A stretch of DNA of 63,193 nt, counting the filler, from Sluysia triapertura (Eukaryota): NCBI GenBank assembly GCA_046118255.1. It is 5 parts of 5 records of this genome, joined end to end, with 100 filler letters (N's around TTAATTAATTAA, not from the genome) between each part and the next. Parts side by side here need not be neighbours in the genome. Positions count along the whole stretch, not along the records: positions 39,054 to 50,863 come from JBJNIA010168925.1; positions 50,964 to 63,193 come from JBJNIA010127408.1; 3 more parts are not named here. One strand, given 5' to 3'. This document shows positions 40,055 through 52,891 of the stretch, one piece after another. Each line of letters begins with the position of its first letter. Position 1 is the stretch's first letter. The notes beneath the pieces were generated by a model, which was not told where the DNA came from, ran no database searches, and saw only the letters and a program-made list of their open reading frames with translations. A program made the position numbers and the translations under genes.

Positions 40055-41091
40055 CTAAAATTGTACTGATTTCATACATAATGAACTCCAAATTGGTATA
40101 AAGAATATATTAATGAAGATTACTGTTTAAATAGTTGACACTTATAATCATTATAGTGCAACACTTATTTCAATAAGTGCGCCGACCAATACTCCAAGTG
40201 ATTGTGCTATAGATTTTAATTTAAACTAACTCATTGAAGTTATTGCTACGTAGCCTGTAAACTTACGCAAACTGTAAGTTTACCATATTGCAAAATTAAA
40301 AACAGATAATTATTCTTAACTAGTATTTACTCGTGTTTTTAATTTTGAATGTAATTCATAATTGATCTGGCCTTTTATAATTATTTCACTTCGACGTCAA
40401 TCCACATCGCGTTGCTTCTGTAACGGGTAATTTGTAATTTTTGATTAGAGATATTGTTGATACTATTTTTTATTGTGTAAAATGTGCCCATATTGTTGAT
40501 AAATTTAACTTTACTCTTATCTGTCCGTTAATAGCCTGATCACTTTTACCTTACTTTCCGGGAATGATTTTTTTGTGGCATCACTCCTTTTTAAATGAAA
40601 TAACTTTTTTATTTTATGATAAAATACAATATTTGACATCATAAAATGAGTTGACTGAAATATACTTACACTACATTGTTTTGACATCAAATGCATGCGA
40701 CCATATGGTTGTAGCAGAGAAATCCGTACTATTTGATACATTTGATACAAACGAATGGAAAAATATATAATGCAAAACTACAAGCCGCGTCAAGTGGGTT
40801 CTTATTTAATTAAATTCATCGAAAAATGAGTTTAAGAATTGAAAAATGTGGTACAAATATACCAATAATTACTCAGAGAATAATTAAATTTGCATTTGGG
40901 TAATAATTTCAATATATATTATATATAAAAACCAACAAAAGCTAGTCTATTTTAGTATATGCGCTATTCATTAAAAACTTTTGCAATTATTTCTTAATGG
41001 TTTAACAAATATTGTGAAAATAAAAGATGAAAACATTTATTCAAACTAAATGTATATATGAGCATGCAGGATAAAAATTGTAAATCAACAT

Positions 41092-41637
41092 TTAATCATC
41101 AATTTTCTTTTTCTTTGAACTATTTTCATCAATTTCGGATTTTATTTTTTCTTTATCATTATTATTGTCATCTTCATCTAATTGAGATGTAAGGTTGACA
41201 GGTTCATCATCACTTTTTTCCGAATGATCTTTCTTTTCTATATCTTTATCACCTTTCTTTTTTCCAACATCTTTATCATCCTCATCTTTCTTTTCTTTAT
41301 CATCCTCATCTTTCTTTCCTTTATTATCCTCATCTTTCTTTTCTTTATCATCCTCATCTTTCTTTTCTTTATCATCCTCATCTTTCTTTTCTTTATCATC
41401 CTCATCTTTCTTTTCTTTCACAATCTGATCTTCATGATCCTCTTCTTTACTTTTATCAGTGCTTTTATTTTTACTTTTTTTCTTTTTTATGCTTTTGTCA
41501 ATATCACTTTTTTCATCATTTTCGTCTTCTTCTTCGTCGTCTTCATTTTCTTCTTCATCTTTATTCTCTTTGTCATTTTCTGCATCAGAACCATCTTTTT
41601 TATCTTCGGATTCATTTTGATCAACTACTTTCTTCAT
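41092..41637 (-). CDS. Highly charged low-complexity protein or terminal exon with KEKKDEDD repeats
   Basis: 181-codon open frame, preceded by an AG (possible acceptor), with a 24-bp tandem repeat at about 41270-41420 and AATAAA downstream of the stop. Confidence 0.6.
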   Translation of the reverse strand: MKKVVDQNESEDKKDGSDAENDKENKDEEENEDDEEEDENDEKSDIDKSIKKKKSKNKSTDKSKEEDHEDQIVKEKKDEDDKEKKDEDDKEKKDEDDKEKKDEDNKGKKDEDDKEKKDEDDKDVGKKKGDKDIEKKDHSEKSDDEPVNLTSQLDEDDNNNDKEKIKSEIDENSSKKKKIDD

Positions 41638-43249
41638 CTTAATAAAAATTAACTTGGATCAAAGAATGCCAAGAATTTAAATTAAGTTAATATATTTCGG
41701 AATCACATAAAATCAAAATTTAGAAATACATGAGTGAATTATATTTATAACTGTAATATTTGGTTGCCATATTTGGAATAATGTCGCATCATCTTGTAAC
41801 GTTTGGTGTAAAATATTATTAGTTTTATAGTTTTACTTTTATTGTAATTATTAATTATTATGTTATTTACAAATTACGAATACTATTTAGATGAAAATAT
41901 AAAAGTTAAAAATTTTATTACTAGCTTTTAAAAAGTTGAAAAAGTACATTTGCAATTAAAGGACATTCAAGATTAATCATATCTGATATGTAATTATTCA
42001 AACGTAAAACTACTATATAAACGCATAAGTTTTACAATAGTAATAAGTGTTATCAATTTTATTGAATTTTACGAAATTTAAATTCTCAAATTTGTTCAGC
42101 AGTTGGATAGTTATTTTTTAATTTTTTGAACAATCTTGATATTTAAAAAACTTCCTTAAATTTAGCACAGCAATTGGATAACTAATCTACAATTTTTTTA
42201 ATGACAAGCATTGGTTTTTTCGTTAGTTTTTAAATAAGTCATTTTTAGCAATTTTACAAACTAATAAAATCTTTAATACACTATTTTTGTAATATACCTT
42301 TAACCCAAGTTATTATAAATTATTTTAATGATAATCCTGATAAAATTATATCTTGAATTAAAGTTAAATTTGTTTTTCAATCCATAATATACAATGGATA
42401 CTTTTTTATTAAAGCTTTTTATAAAAAATTTTCTTATAAACTTACTAAAGTAATTCATTGTTAACGTGTTTTACATTATAATAGACTTTATTTTAGTTTT
42501 AAAAAGAGAGTTTTTATTAAAACATATATTTTTGTAACATATAGACCGTAAAATATAATAAATTGATTGATCATTTTAATGCGGATCAAATGTAAATTTC
42601 ATTTAATTTATATATTTACAATTTCATAAAAATCCACGATTTTTTTTATTGAAAAACTTAACATTTCCATATTTTCTTAATTTCAAAAAATATTTGGACA
42701 CTACATCTTACCACTATAATATTATGGATTTTATATTAACATTAACAATGGTATATATATTCGCTGACAATGGATGATTCAGATGCAGCAATTAGTTTAC
42801 TCAGACCAATCGAGTTCTTTTCTCTTAAAATCTTCATTGAATGCAAGCAAGTCACGGTAAAATTACACGATAGTATAGCGTACAAAAGAAAATAAAGTTA
42901 AAATACTATATTGCTTAGTGTTGATGTTACTACGCGAAAATTCTTGAATTTCTCCTCACCAGCTTTACGTCTAATTGAACTAAGGAAAAGAATTAAAAAA
43001 TTAAAAAATCAATAAGGAGCTTCGGCTACGTGCCTAACAAATTTGCAAAGAATTAATTTTGGCACTACGATGTATTCATTTAGTCATAATCACATGTAAT
43101 TTCATTAAAGCCAATGTTGAAATTTATTATTTTGAGTATTAATAAAATTCGTAATGAAAAAATGTACTCAAAGCATCAATTGAAAAACTAATAAATAATA
43201 ATAACATAATAAATTTTTTAGTAAGGGCATTTGATAATGATCAAATTAG

Positions 43250-43600
43250 TTAATAGTTGTGATTATAATATGTTAAGTAATAGCTACAATGAGGAAAATT
43301 CCACGAAAATAAGACAAATTTTATGCATAATAACTGATAGAAATTATATTATGAAACTTACAATTTATTGTTTAATGAAACTGCATTCTACACCTCTTAC
43401 AATTTCAGCTTGTTTGAATGTGATATTAACATTTTATATTCGCGAATTGAAGTAACTAGTATTTTAAGGCAGTTTATTTTACATGTTCCTTGTGTTAAAA
43501 ACAATAATTCTGATGAATTGCACAAAATTTTAATAAGTTTTTGCCGGGGTTTGTTATGTTATATAATTAAATTCTTAATTGTTGCTTATTGTTATATCAT
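43250..43600 (+). mobile_element. Possible decayed hAT (ZMYM1-type) transposase remnant
   Basis: RQFILHVPCVKNNNSDELHKILISFCRGL...LIVAYCY loosely follows the DUF4371 hAT region. Confidence 0.25.
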
Positions 43601-44459
43601 TTTATTTCCCAATTTTGGTTAATGTGCGTCTTAAGCGTCGATATTTTTCAAAGAATAGAGTAAATTTAATTGCGAGCCTTATGTATGACAAAGCTTTAAT
43701 TAAATATTTATTTTATAAAGTGAAATTTTGTAGTTACAATGTATCGTATAAAGTATTTTTTTAATACTATAAGTTAAACCCATTAAACGCAGCAATAAAA
43801 GGAATAGAAAACATTAGTAATTAAGCTTTTTTGGAAGCATGTGCTGCCAAAAATATTGGATAAGCACTACACTTACATTATACATAGTAAATATTGTTAG
43901 TAATAAATATTCTAAATATAGTAAATATTGTTAGGTTGTCATCACAACCTATTCAAATTACCGAATCGATGGACATAAAACATTTAAAATCTTAAACTAT
44001 AAAAAAAGAAAATTCTTACTAAAAATAGAAAAGAAGTTTCTAGAATGTCTAGAACATTCTAGAATTCTACTCACTATGATTAGCTTTTATAAATAGCTGC
44101 AGTAAACCATAAAGACGCAATACAAGTTAATAAAAATTTCGGTCACCACTTTTGTTATTATCGGTTTTTGGTACAGATTTTGATCACCACTTCGAATTAG
44201 AAAGAATTTATATTAGTAGGGATTGAGCAGAATATCCGAATGCTAATTGTCCATCGATTTAGTAAGTTTTATTGATTTAAGGTATTTCAATCTTTATGGT
44301 TGAAATAATAAAATTTACGCAAATTCATTTAATAATTTTTATTACTCAGATTTAACGAGGTTAGAATTTAAATTAAGATCTATTAGTTAAAAGATTAATA
44401 TCCTAGTGATTTTAATCCTAAATTATTAATTTTTTTTACTGCTTTTGCTTTATTATATT

Positions 44460-44959
44460 TGTGGTGGCCAACTTCTTCACAAAAATTTTATTGTATCATT
44501 ATACACTAAAATCATACATTTACAACATTTAAAATACTCAACACATCACACTAAAAATCACATTTTTATAACACTTCAACTATTTATTCCATCAAAAATC
44601 GTTAAAATTGTAATTTAAATTCAAATATAATAGTAATGTAAATGGAATTTCTTTTAACATATCCAACTTCCTTAATTTCATTTTATACTTCTTTTATCTT
44701 AGAACAATGTACGTTTCTTCGTACAAATATTTTATTGCGTATTTCAATAAGACTTGAGCATGTTTAAGAATTCTAAAGAATATTTTTTTAAAAGAAATTT
44801 TTTTTAGAAAACAATAAAGAAAAAATGTTTAGAAAGAAACTTATGTCATTTTTAATTTATTTTATTATTATTTATTTATTGTTATTATTATTACTTTTGT
44901 TATTTCATTTTTAATTTTATTATTATTTACATTATTATTTACATTATTATTTACATTAA

Positions 44960-45007
<48 letters not shown>

Positions 45008-46292
45008 GGTCATCATTAATTATTATCATTATCATTATCGTCATTAAAATTTGTTTTCAATTTGTTTTTTTGAGTAATTGCTGTCATCATATGACACTTT
45101 TAATTATAAACTTATGAATTGAATTTAGCACAGCAACAAAATGGTTGCTTCGATTGGCTTTAAATCAGTGAGCACAATTTACTTTAATCATTGGTCAACA
45201 ATTGAACACGTTGTTAAATAATGCATACATAACTACAAGTTGATCACAAATAAAAATTATTTAGAGTTAAACGTAAAGAACAATGTCGATGACGATTTCA
45301 GATGCAAATATCTCCAAATTTCCAAATTCTTATGTTTTTAATAATACAAGTTTATCTAACACTATTGTTAACTCTAATGTCTTACGTCAAGAAAATTTCA
45401 AACATTTACGTTATTTAAATGATTTTCAAACTCAACAATGTCTATTTGTCGATCATAAATGTCCATCACAAAAACCATTCACGTATTTTAATTGGCATTT
45501 TCCAAATCAATGTCGTACACCATTGGAAAAATCTGATGGGATATTCAATTACAATCCTGATGTTTAATGTATTTCATATGATGAAAACATAAATTTGCCC
45601 AAATGGAGATGATTGTCAATATGTTCATCGAAACGCTGAAGATACGGAACTTCGCTATTACAAAACCGGGCAATGCATGTATGAGACGCCAGACTCTGGT
45701 CAATGTGTTAAGAATGGTCAACATTGTGCATTTTGACATTGATTCGATGATATAAGACAACCCTTGTAAGATATCAAAAAAGCTAATGATGCTGCTGAAC
45801 ATATTGCTAATTTACTAGCTATGTTAGAAAAAGAACGAGCTCTAAGTGAAGACATCGTGCAATATTTTAACGATTCGATCCAAATAGCGAGTTCTTCGAT
45901 CAGTGGCCATCCAATTCAAAGTGATTCAAAATCTCTTGTCATCGGCAATTCTACGCGTAACGTTGATGAAAAGATTTATTCAAGGGTATACCATTTATTT
46001 TTACATTTACTATTAAATTATAATGATTATATTTTTATTCTTTTATTAAGACAACGAATCAGCGTATGGACAGCAACTTTTCAAGCATAAATGAACATTT
46101 ATTATTATCTAAATTATGTGTTACAAAACAATTTTTATTAAATCAATGAATTTTGTCTTTAATATATGTGTTAGGTGTTACTTTAATTATCTTGTCTATA
46201 AAAATATATCAAAAAGACTTAATAAAGTAATGATTTTATTTGAAATAAATAAATTTAATTTGAATAATTTAACAATAACTAAATCTAAAACA
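44460..46292 (+). mobile_element. Family 1 cargo element, copy F
   Basis: TGTGGTGGCCAAC start; leader similar to copy B; (TTA)n at 44960-45006; unkempt cargo; intron 45986-46050; end ATCTAAAACA. Confidence 0.8.
45283..45855 (+). pseudogene. UNK: unkempt (UNK/UNKL) CCCH zinc-finger N-terminal fragment
   Basis: HLRYLNDFQTQQCLFVDHKCPSQKPFTYFNWHFPNQ...DGIFNYNPDV*C, then a frameshift to ICPNGDDCQYVHRNAEDTELRYYKTGQCMYETPDSGQCVKNGQHCAF*H. Matches unkempt ZnF1-3; stops at 45565 and 45734. Confidence 0.9.
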
Positions 46293-48202
46293 TTTTATAG
46301 ACCTCCAAAATATTCTTTAATCATTTGTCTAGTATTGTTTGATAATAAATCTTTTATTCATTGTACAGATATCTTTCTTTTGGTAACGAATAATCATATA
46401 AGATTTAGAATTTTTTAGTTTAAACTAATTCAAAGATATTATGAATCAGATCGATTGAAATTGTAAAATAATTGATAAGTGTAATGCCCAAGATGGTAAA
46501 TTTAATTAATGAACTTTCCGTCAATTGTAAGTTTAGCCTAAATATCGTTACAGATACGCCCTCTTTACGATATAAGACGTTTACTGTAATCAGACCCTGT
46601 TCAATTTTTATTCTGTTGTAGATTAGGGTTTAAGAAAAACCACATTAATATAAATATACTGCTAGGCTGTGATGTAATTGATTTCAAATTTGTAATAATA
46701 ACAATTTGATTTTTATGACAATTTTTAATAATTAATATTTGATGAATTATTATTATTCGATATTAATATTATTATTAGATAATTATATAAAATATATAAT
46801 AATTAAAAAAAATTTCCAATAATTATCAAATATCACATAAAATAATAAATAACAAAAAAATAAATAAAATTAGTTGATTTTAAATACCTAAAATAAATTT
46901 TTGTTTTATTAAATTAAAGTATCAATAAACAAAATAGAGGGTTAGATTTAGCTACTTAAACCAAATTTTTTTAGAATAAAATCAGAATTAAAAGATTATT
47001 AGGACACATAGCAAGAAAATTTTGGTTTGCAGAAAAAAAATCTACGATTAATCAAAATTAATTCAATGAGTCAAAAGTAATTTTTTTGTTAATAAGTTTA
47101 AATAGAATAGGTTTAATTAATATATACTTAAAATCTCATTTTAATTTCCTAGTCCGCAAAAAGGCTAGGTTAATTTGTATTTTAAAATTTGAATTTTATC
47201 TCCTAAACCTTAAGCTTAATGAAGTAAAATCACAATTATTATTATAATTTTTTTATTGTGCTTGTATAAAATTTTTACTACACATTTATAATAAAAATTC
47301 GTAGTACTTATTTATTATTCGTTAAAATCATTTACAACTTAATCAGACCGTAAAAGGATGATTCAACCTTTAAAATACTTGAATATTTTGCAGAGCGTAA
47401 GAAGGCTGTCTTAACATATTAATAAAGTTTTGTTCGAGCTATCCAAGCTAAAGCAGATAATTCCACCACATATATTATCTCCAATTGAATAAGTCTAATT
47501 AGCCCGTCGTCAATTAGTGACATAAATCGTATCTAATTAGCCGGACTCTTCTCCAGTTCTTATTTATTTTGCTAAGTAGGTATCTCTTAAGAAAGAACCT
47601 TCGCAACACTTATATCAAGAAATTATTTTACGTTAATGTGAAAACTTCTTCAATTGGCAATACATAATAAAAAGTATATCAATATTATTTTTTACATATG
47701 CAATATACACTTATTTTAATTTAAATTTTTCTTATATGATTTATCCAGAAAATAAGCCTTGGTTTATAACAGATTAGAGTAATTAATCATGCAGAGAATT
47801 GAATATGTAAGTCTACAATATTCCCATAAATGACATATATTATTTTAATATATTAATATTACTTTGAATTATGTGGCAGTTATTAATATTATAAATAATT
47901 AAATATAATTAATCTCTAATGCTGTCACATGACAACACTTAACAGAAATATTATTGCAATTGTTTTAAAAAGTTTTCTTAAGTGATCTTGATACTACAAA
48001 ATAAAAGTGGAACTAAATTAAATGAACTTAATTATGTAATATATTATAATTATTTGTATAATACATACTGTGAATTTATAATTTGATCTTGATTTAAAGA
48101 TTTATATATTTTAATAATCACGTATTTTGAATTTTTATAATTTTAATAAATGTATTAGGTGTGCTTTTTAATTATCACGAAATTTTAATTTTTAAAAGTT
48201 AA

Positions 48203-48273
48203 CACATTATGAGCGGGTATTCTTGAGTACAGTCCATAAAACGGGTAATAATACCCGCCCCGCTCATAATGTG
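48203..48273. mobile_element. Tiny piggyBac-like MITE (71 bp)
   Basis: TTAA|CACATTATGAGCGGG ... CCCGCTCATAATGTG|TTAA: perfect 15-bp TIR and TTAA TSD. Confidence 0.85.
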
Positions 48274-48844
48274 TTAATTGTAATTTATTGATTAATTAAT
48301 TTTCGTGCGACCACTAATTAAATGAATGTTTTAATTATGACTAATAAAGTGAGTTCATTAAATTTAAGAGAATGTAATTATCCATTAATTTTACCTGATA
48401 ATTTCATAAAACGGAATCACTGTATGGAAACTAAGTTTGTTGATATAGTCTCAAATCATTAAAATATCTTTCATTAGTAATTTTATCATTAGAAAATGAA
48501 ATTTTTCACTGGAGATATTTAACCATATTTTTGACATTAATGTTTATTTTATTCAGTTGATTTTTGAATAATTTATTTTTATTCGACTTTATTTTCATTA
48601 AAATAAAACTTAAAATATGATTTCGGTTAATCAAATCCCTAACACACCCAGCAAATATTAAAATCGGATTTTTTAATTTAATCATGTTGATTAAACTTTT
48701 GAAAAACAATCAATAAAGCATAAACAAACTTGTATTTGTCGCATGCGAATAAATATACTAAATAAAGCATGCAATATTTTTGATGAAATAATCAACCTCC
48801 TTTTGTTTCTTTTTCTAAATAAAACATAGAAATACTTTTAAAAT

Positions 48845-49222
48845 TCAAACTTCTTCAGCACCAGGAACCTTCAATAAAATTTCAAGATCTTCCAATTCAT
48901 TTGCTTCATATAAATCATCAAAATTCTTTTTTACAATAAATAAAGATAAAAATCTTACTGCAACATATTCTTCATCTACAAAAATATAGGGAGGACAACC
49001 AGGTTTAATGTCATGCTTTTTTAATTCTTCGAATACTTTGTTTTTAATTTCGGCATTATTAACAAAAGCTAAATCTATTTCTGTAAATTTTATTTGCTTT
49101 GCGATAAGAATCATTCGAACAAGCTCTTGTCTTTTCTTGACCTGAATAAATATTTATGTGTTATTTAAAAATCATACCATTTGACTGCATGACAGAGAAG
49201 AAATAAAAACTTCAACACTCAT
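48845..49222 (-). CDS. SH3BGRL: SH3BGR-like glutaredoxin-fold protein; exons 49222-49178, 49141-48959, 48925-48845
   Basis: MSVEVFISSLSCSQM|VKKRQELVRMILIAKQIKFTEIDL...PPYIFVDEEYVA|NFDDLYEANE...LLKV, with 36-nt and 33-nt GT-AG introns. Confidence 0.85.
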
Positions 49223-49789
49223 GAAATTAAAATAAAAATATTTATTATAATTTTAAATAAATTACGACACAAATATATAACGAAAGGATAAATAAACTAA
49301 ACACATGTGCTATAAGTGAAATTTTGATAATTAAAAATAAAAATAAGATGCTACATATTGTGCAAATAAGTTCTTTTTTTCTAATTATTATAAACAATAA
49401 TATTTCACTAGTTTTGGTAATAAAATCAAATGAATAAAAATAATAATATTAATAATAATTTCCATTTTAATTATAATCATAAAAATTAAAAATTATTTTA
49501 TCAAATTTTTAAGATCCATTCATATAATCATATAATTTGAAAAGTTATTTAACTGTTTTTTAATGCATGCTATTAAGTACTTTTTCAACAGATGTGATAT
49601 GAAATTCAAATTGTTGGACTAGAAAAGTTTTCAATGTTGGGCAAGAATTTAACTGCAAAAGAATTAAACATATTCTTACGAAATATCTGGAAGTCTAATA
49701 AGTACGGTTTATATAAACTCGGAAGACGTCTTATGAGGATTTTTATTGAATGCGTACTATTTATACTAATCTAATTCTAGTAATTTTGG

Positions 49790-50695
49790 CTGCTCATTAC
49801 GTCCGTGGAGAATACCATTGACATGGATGACTGAGCCAAGTTTCATAATGATTCTCATATCATTATCTCCTCCAAAGGTTATCTCAAATGTTCCCTTGCA
49901 GATTGCACTATGAAGGGACTAACCATTAAAAACCGTTCCGACTGCAATGAACAATGCAGGCATTTTCTTAGCAAAAATAAATTCACTAACCCTTTCAGTG
50001 AATTGAAAGTGAAATGAACCTGTGATGCCATTAAGAATTTGGAAGAATTATCCTTGACCCACATCGAAGATACGATTGTTACTAATAATGCATTCGTGGA
50101 TCGGGTAAAAAATCAACTAAGCTGTCCCATATACAGTTTCCTCCCCTACTACACTCCGTTGTAACTCTTAAGGAATTACCAATACCGTTGTAGTCTTGGA
50201 CGACATCAGCTTAAAAAACATAATTTCAAGGGAAATCATATTAACGTTAAGGGTTCCTGCTCCCTCATTTTTTGTTAGTTTAATCTGTCTCTCTGGTTTT
50301 CTCCTAACTCATACTACACCAAACAACTTATATCTGGCTCTGATAAATAAGGACTTAGACTCCACATACCAGTCAGATTGACTATCCTTAATGCGATCAT
50401 GGCTTTCTTTAATGCTTTTATCTCAGACCCTAACTCTGATGTCATTGACTCCACTTTGCTATACTCATGATGAGCAAGCGTTTCATAAGAACTCCATTCC
50501 GAAATGCTGCAACTGGTAACACTTTTATTGGATACTGAATAATGAGAACCATCGAATCCTCCTTATATTCAACAGGGAGAACAATTTCTATTGTGTTGTT
50601 GATCCTTTGGATAATTCTCCGCGTCACATCTACCTGTTATGTGACTTCTTCAAAAATGTCATGGTAGCATACACTGCTCTGCCAGTGTACTGTAA
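49790..50695 (+). mobile_element. Truncated second copy of the NeSL-type element (ZnF and Ulp1-like region)
   Basis: Collinear with about 56030-56975, e.g. GATTGCACTATGAAGGGACTAACCATTAAAAACCGTTCCGA vs GACTGCAATATGAAAGGTCTTACTATTAAGAACCGTTCTGA. Confidence 0.85.
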
Positions 50696-50963
50696 AGGAT
50701 AATTTGACAATTTTTATGTTAAAGGATAATTTGATAATTTTTATGTTTTTTGTGTTTTTTAAAATTTTATTGTATATTTTTATTAATATTGTTAGATTTT
50801 TCCTTATTCCTAACAAATTATCTGTAGGGTCAGTTCGCTTAGTATATACGCTTTATACCAAACNNNNNNNNNNNNNNNNNNNNNNNNNNNNNNNNNNNNN
50901 NNNNNNNTTAATTAATTAANNNNNNNNNNNNNNNNNNNNNNNNNNNNNNNNNNNNNNNNNNNN

Positions 50964-51034
50964 GCTGATAGCTCAGTGGTAGAGCATTCGGACTGCGCAG
51001 ACGATGGTCCCGGGTTCGATCCCCGGTCAGTCCA
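50964..51034 (+). tRNA. tRNA-Ala-like gene/pseudogene (first 2 nt in the gap, anticodon arm irregular)
   Basis: A box TAGCTCAGTGG, D stem GCTC/GAGC, T arm CCGGG-TTCGATC-CCCGG, acceptor GCTGA/TCAGT with G3:U70 and A73, then TTTT. Confidence 0.7.
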
Positions 51035-52891
51035 TTTTACCAAGTCTAACAAATTTAACCGATTAATAATAGCCAAAACTTCAAAACAAAGAATTTTAAA
51101 TATTTCCAAAATGGCGAATGCAAAGTGGTGATAGTTTATATATGCTGGGTTTTGCTTTTATCTAAAACTTAAAAACTACCTTAGAGCAAAATAAATTAAT
51201 AGAGTCCACGTGCAGTAAACGACTTATCAGTGGCGTACCTGTAGTAACATTAAAGTATTCTTAAAGAATAACGAATAAAGATATCATGAGTAATTTATAT
51301 GCTAAGACACAATAATAGCGGTGACCAACGTGTTCGTTTATATTTAGGTTTTTTGTTGATAATAGTGCAGAAGACTTACGTGGAAATTTTTTGTTGTTTA
51401 TTTTATCAAAGAAAGTAATTAATTATCCTAAAATATATGTATATATTAGTAGAATAATGTTACAACTAACTTTGTATTAGAGTCTTACGTTATTTACCTT
51501 AAAAATGGTCAGATATCGTTAAATACAAATTCGAGCAACTCAATCGTTAATCAAAAATAACAAATATTATATAACATATATTATATAAAACTTAAAAAGG
51601 CTAAATATACAAATATAATTTATATCAAAATAATAATATAAACAATAATAATAAGAATTGATTTTGAATCAGTTTAACCTAGCCCAAGGACTAGTTGGTG
51701 ATTTTTTGTAATTGGCCTTAAGGACCAACTAAAATAAAATGATTTTAGAATTTAATGAGATTTTGTTATTGATCTTAAGGACTAACAAAAATAGGGTAGT
51801 TTAAGCAAATTGTTTAACTCTTGCGAGCGTACAAATTATTTAAATTAAACTTATTACTTAATTTAAAATTTGATAAGAAATTGTTGTCCACTTTGGTAAT
51901 ATTCAAATATCTCGACAAATTAATTAATTAGAACATTATAGAAGCTACTATTTTTAAAAGCTAATTTTTTTTTATAGAAATTTTATTTTCCCTGTTGGAA
52001 AAATAATAATAATGATGCAAAATTAAATTAAGAATTCATTACGCAAAGTAAAGCACTGGGGGCACCAAAATTATGTTGCGTCTTTGAAAATTATTAGCTA
52101 TGATAAATCAATATTATTTTAATTAGCTTAAAAAGAATCTCAATTATTTAAGTACTCACTATATCAAGTATAAATTTTCAGTAATTGTTTTACTTTGATA
52201 ATAATTATTATTCAGCCCAAAGTTAAGTTTTTGAAAATCAAATCAATAGCAATAATATAATAATTTAGTGATTAACAAAAATTAAATACAATTTATTATA
52301 ATTTTAAATATCCACTAAACAATACTAAAAATGACTAAAGTAACAAGATTAACAATAAAGTTTATAATAGTACTAAGGACATAACAATCTATCTAAAGAA
52401 ACCAAAGGTGACGCAACACTATGAAAAATACTAATTATAATTCACGATTATTCCTTAATAATAATCAAATATAAATTTCCCAAAAGCAACACAAAAACGA
52501 AAACTATTTTACTAAAATCCCCAAAAATAATATTATTTATAATTATAAAATATATTCAAAAATTACTTAAAGCATGGACCTTATCATTTGCATTATTAAT
52601 TGTAAAATTTTTTGGTATTATATTTATATTTTATCATCATCCAGTCATTCCAAATATTTGATTAAACATTCTCTCACACAAATCACTGCAACATTCTTTG
52701 AGAATAAATCCGACAATACTAACTTTAACAGTTACATGGTACAAACTGTCAAACTTTACTAGATACAAAACACAAAAAATTGATTTATGATTGATTATTT
52801 CCTTTACTCTAGTCAATCTACTTTTATTTCAATTAATTCTCACATTAAAATACCAATCATTATTATTGTTAACATACATAAAAATGATGAA

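Larger units (their letters stand above)
43929..46644 (+). mobile_element. Family 2 LTR-like element interrupted by family 1 copy F
   Basis: TGTTAGGTTG start, HSE array 44033-44064, TATAAATA at about 44088, AATAAA at about 44129. Homology to 11596-12582 resumes after about 46293 and ends AGAAAAACCACA. Confidence 0.75.

Noticed and set aside
41182-41652. Hydrophobic 156-aa plus-strand ORF
   Set aside because: Antisense shadow of the KEKKDEDD repeat.
44462-44472. TGGTGGCCAAC as a tRNA-Ile primer-binding site after an LTR
   Set aside because: Only copy F has family 2 sequence upstream, and that element resumes after F. Other copies have unrelated upstream flanks, and copy B's boundary falls at the preceding TG, so this is a terminus.
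51228-52087. hAT-like ends CAGTGGCGTA ... GGGGGCACCAAAA
   Set aside because: Right terminus too degenerate and no TSD.
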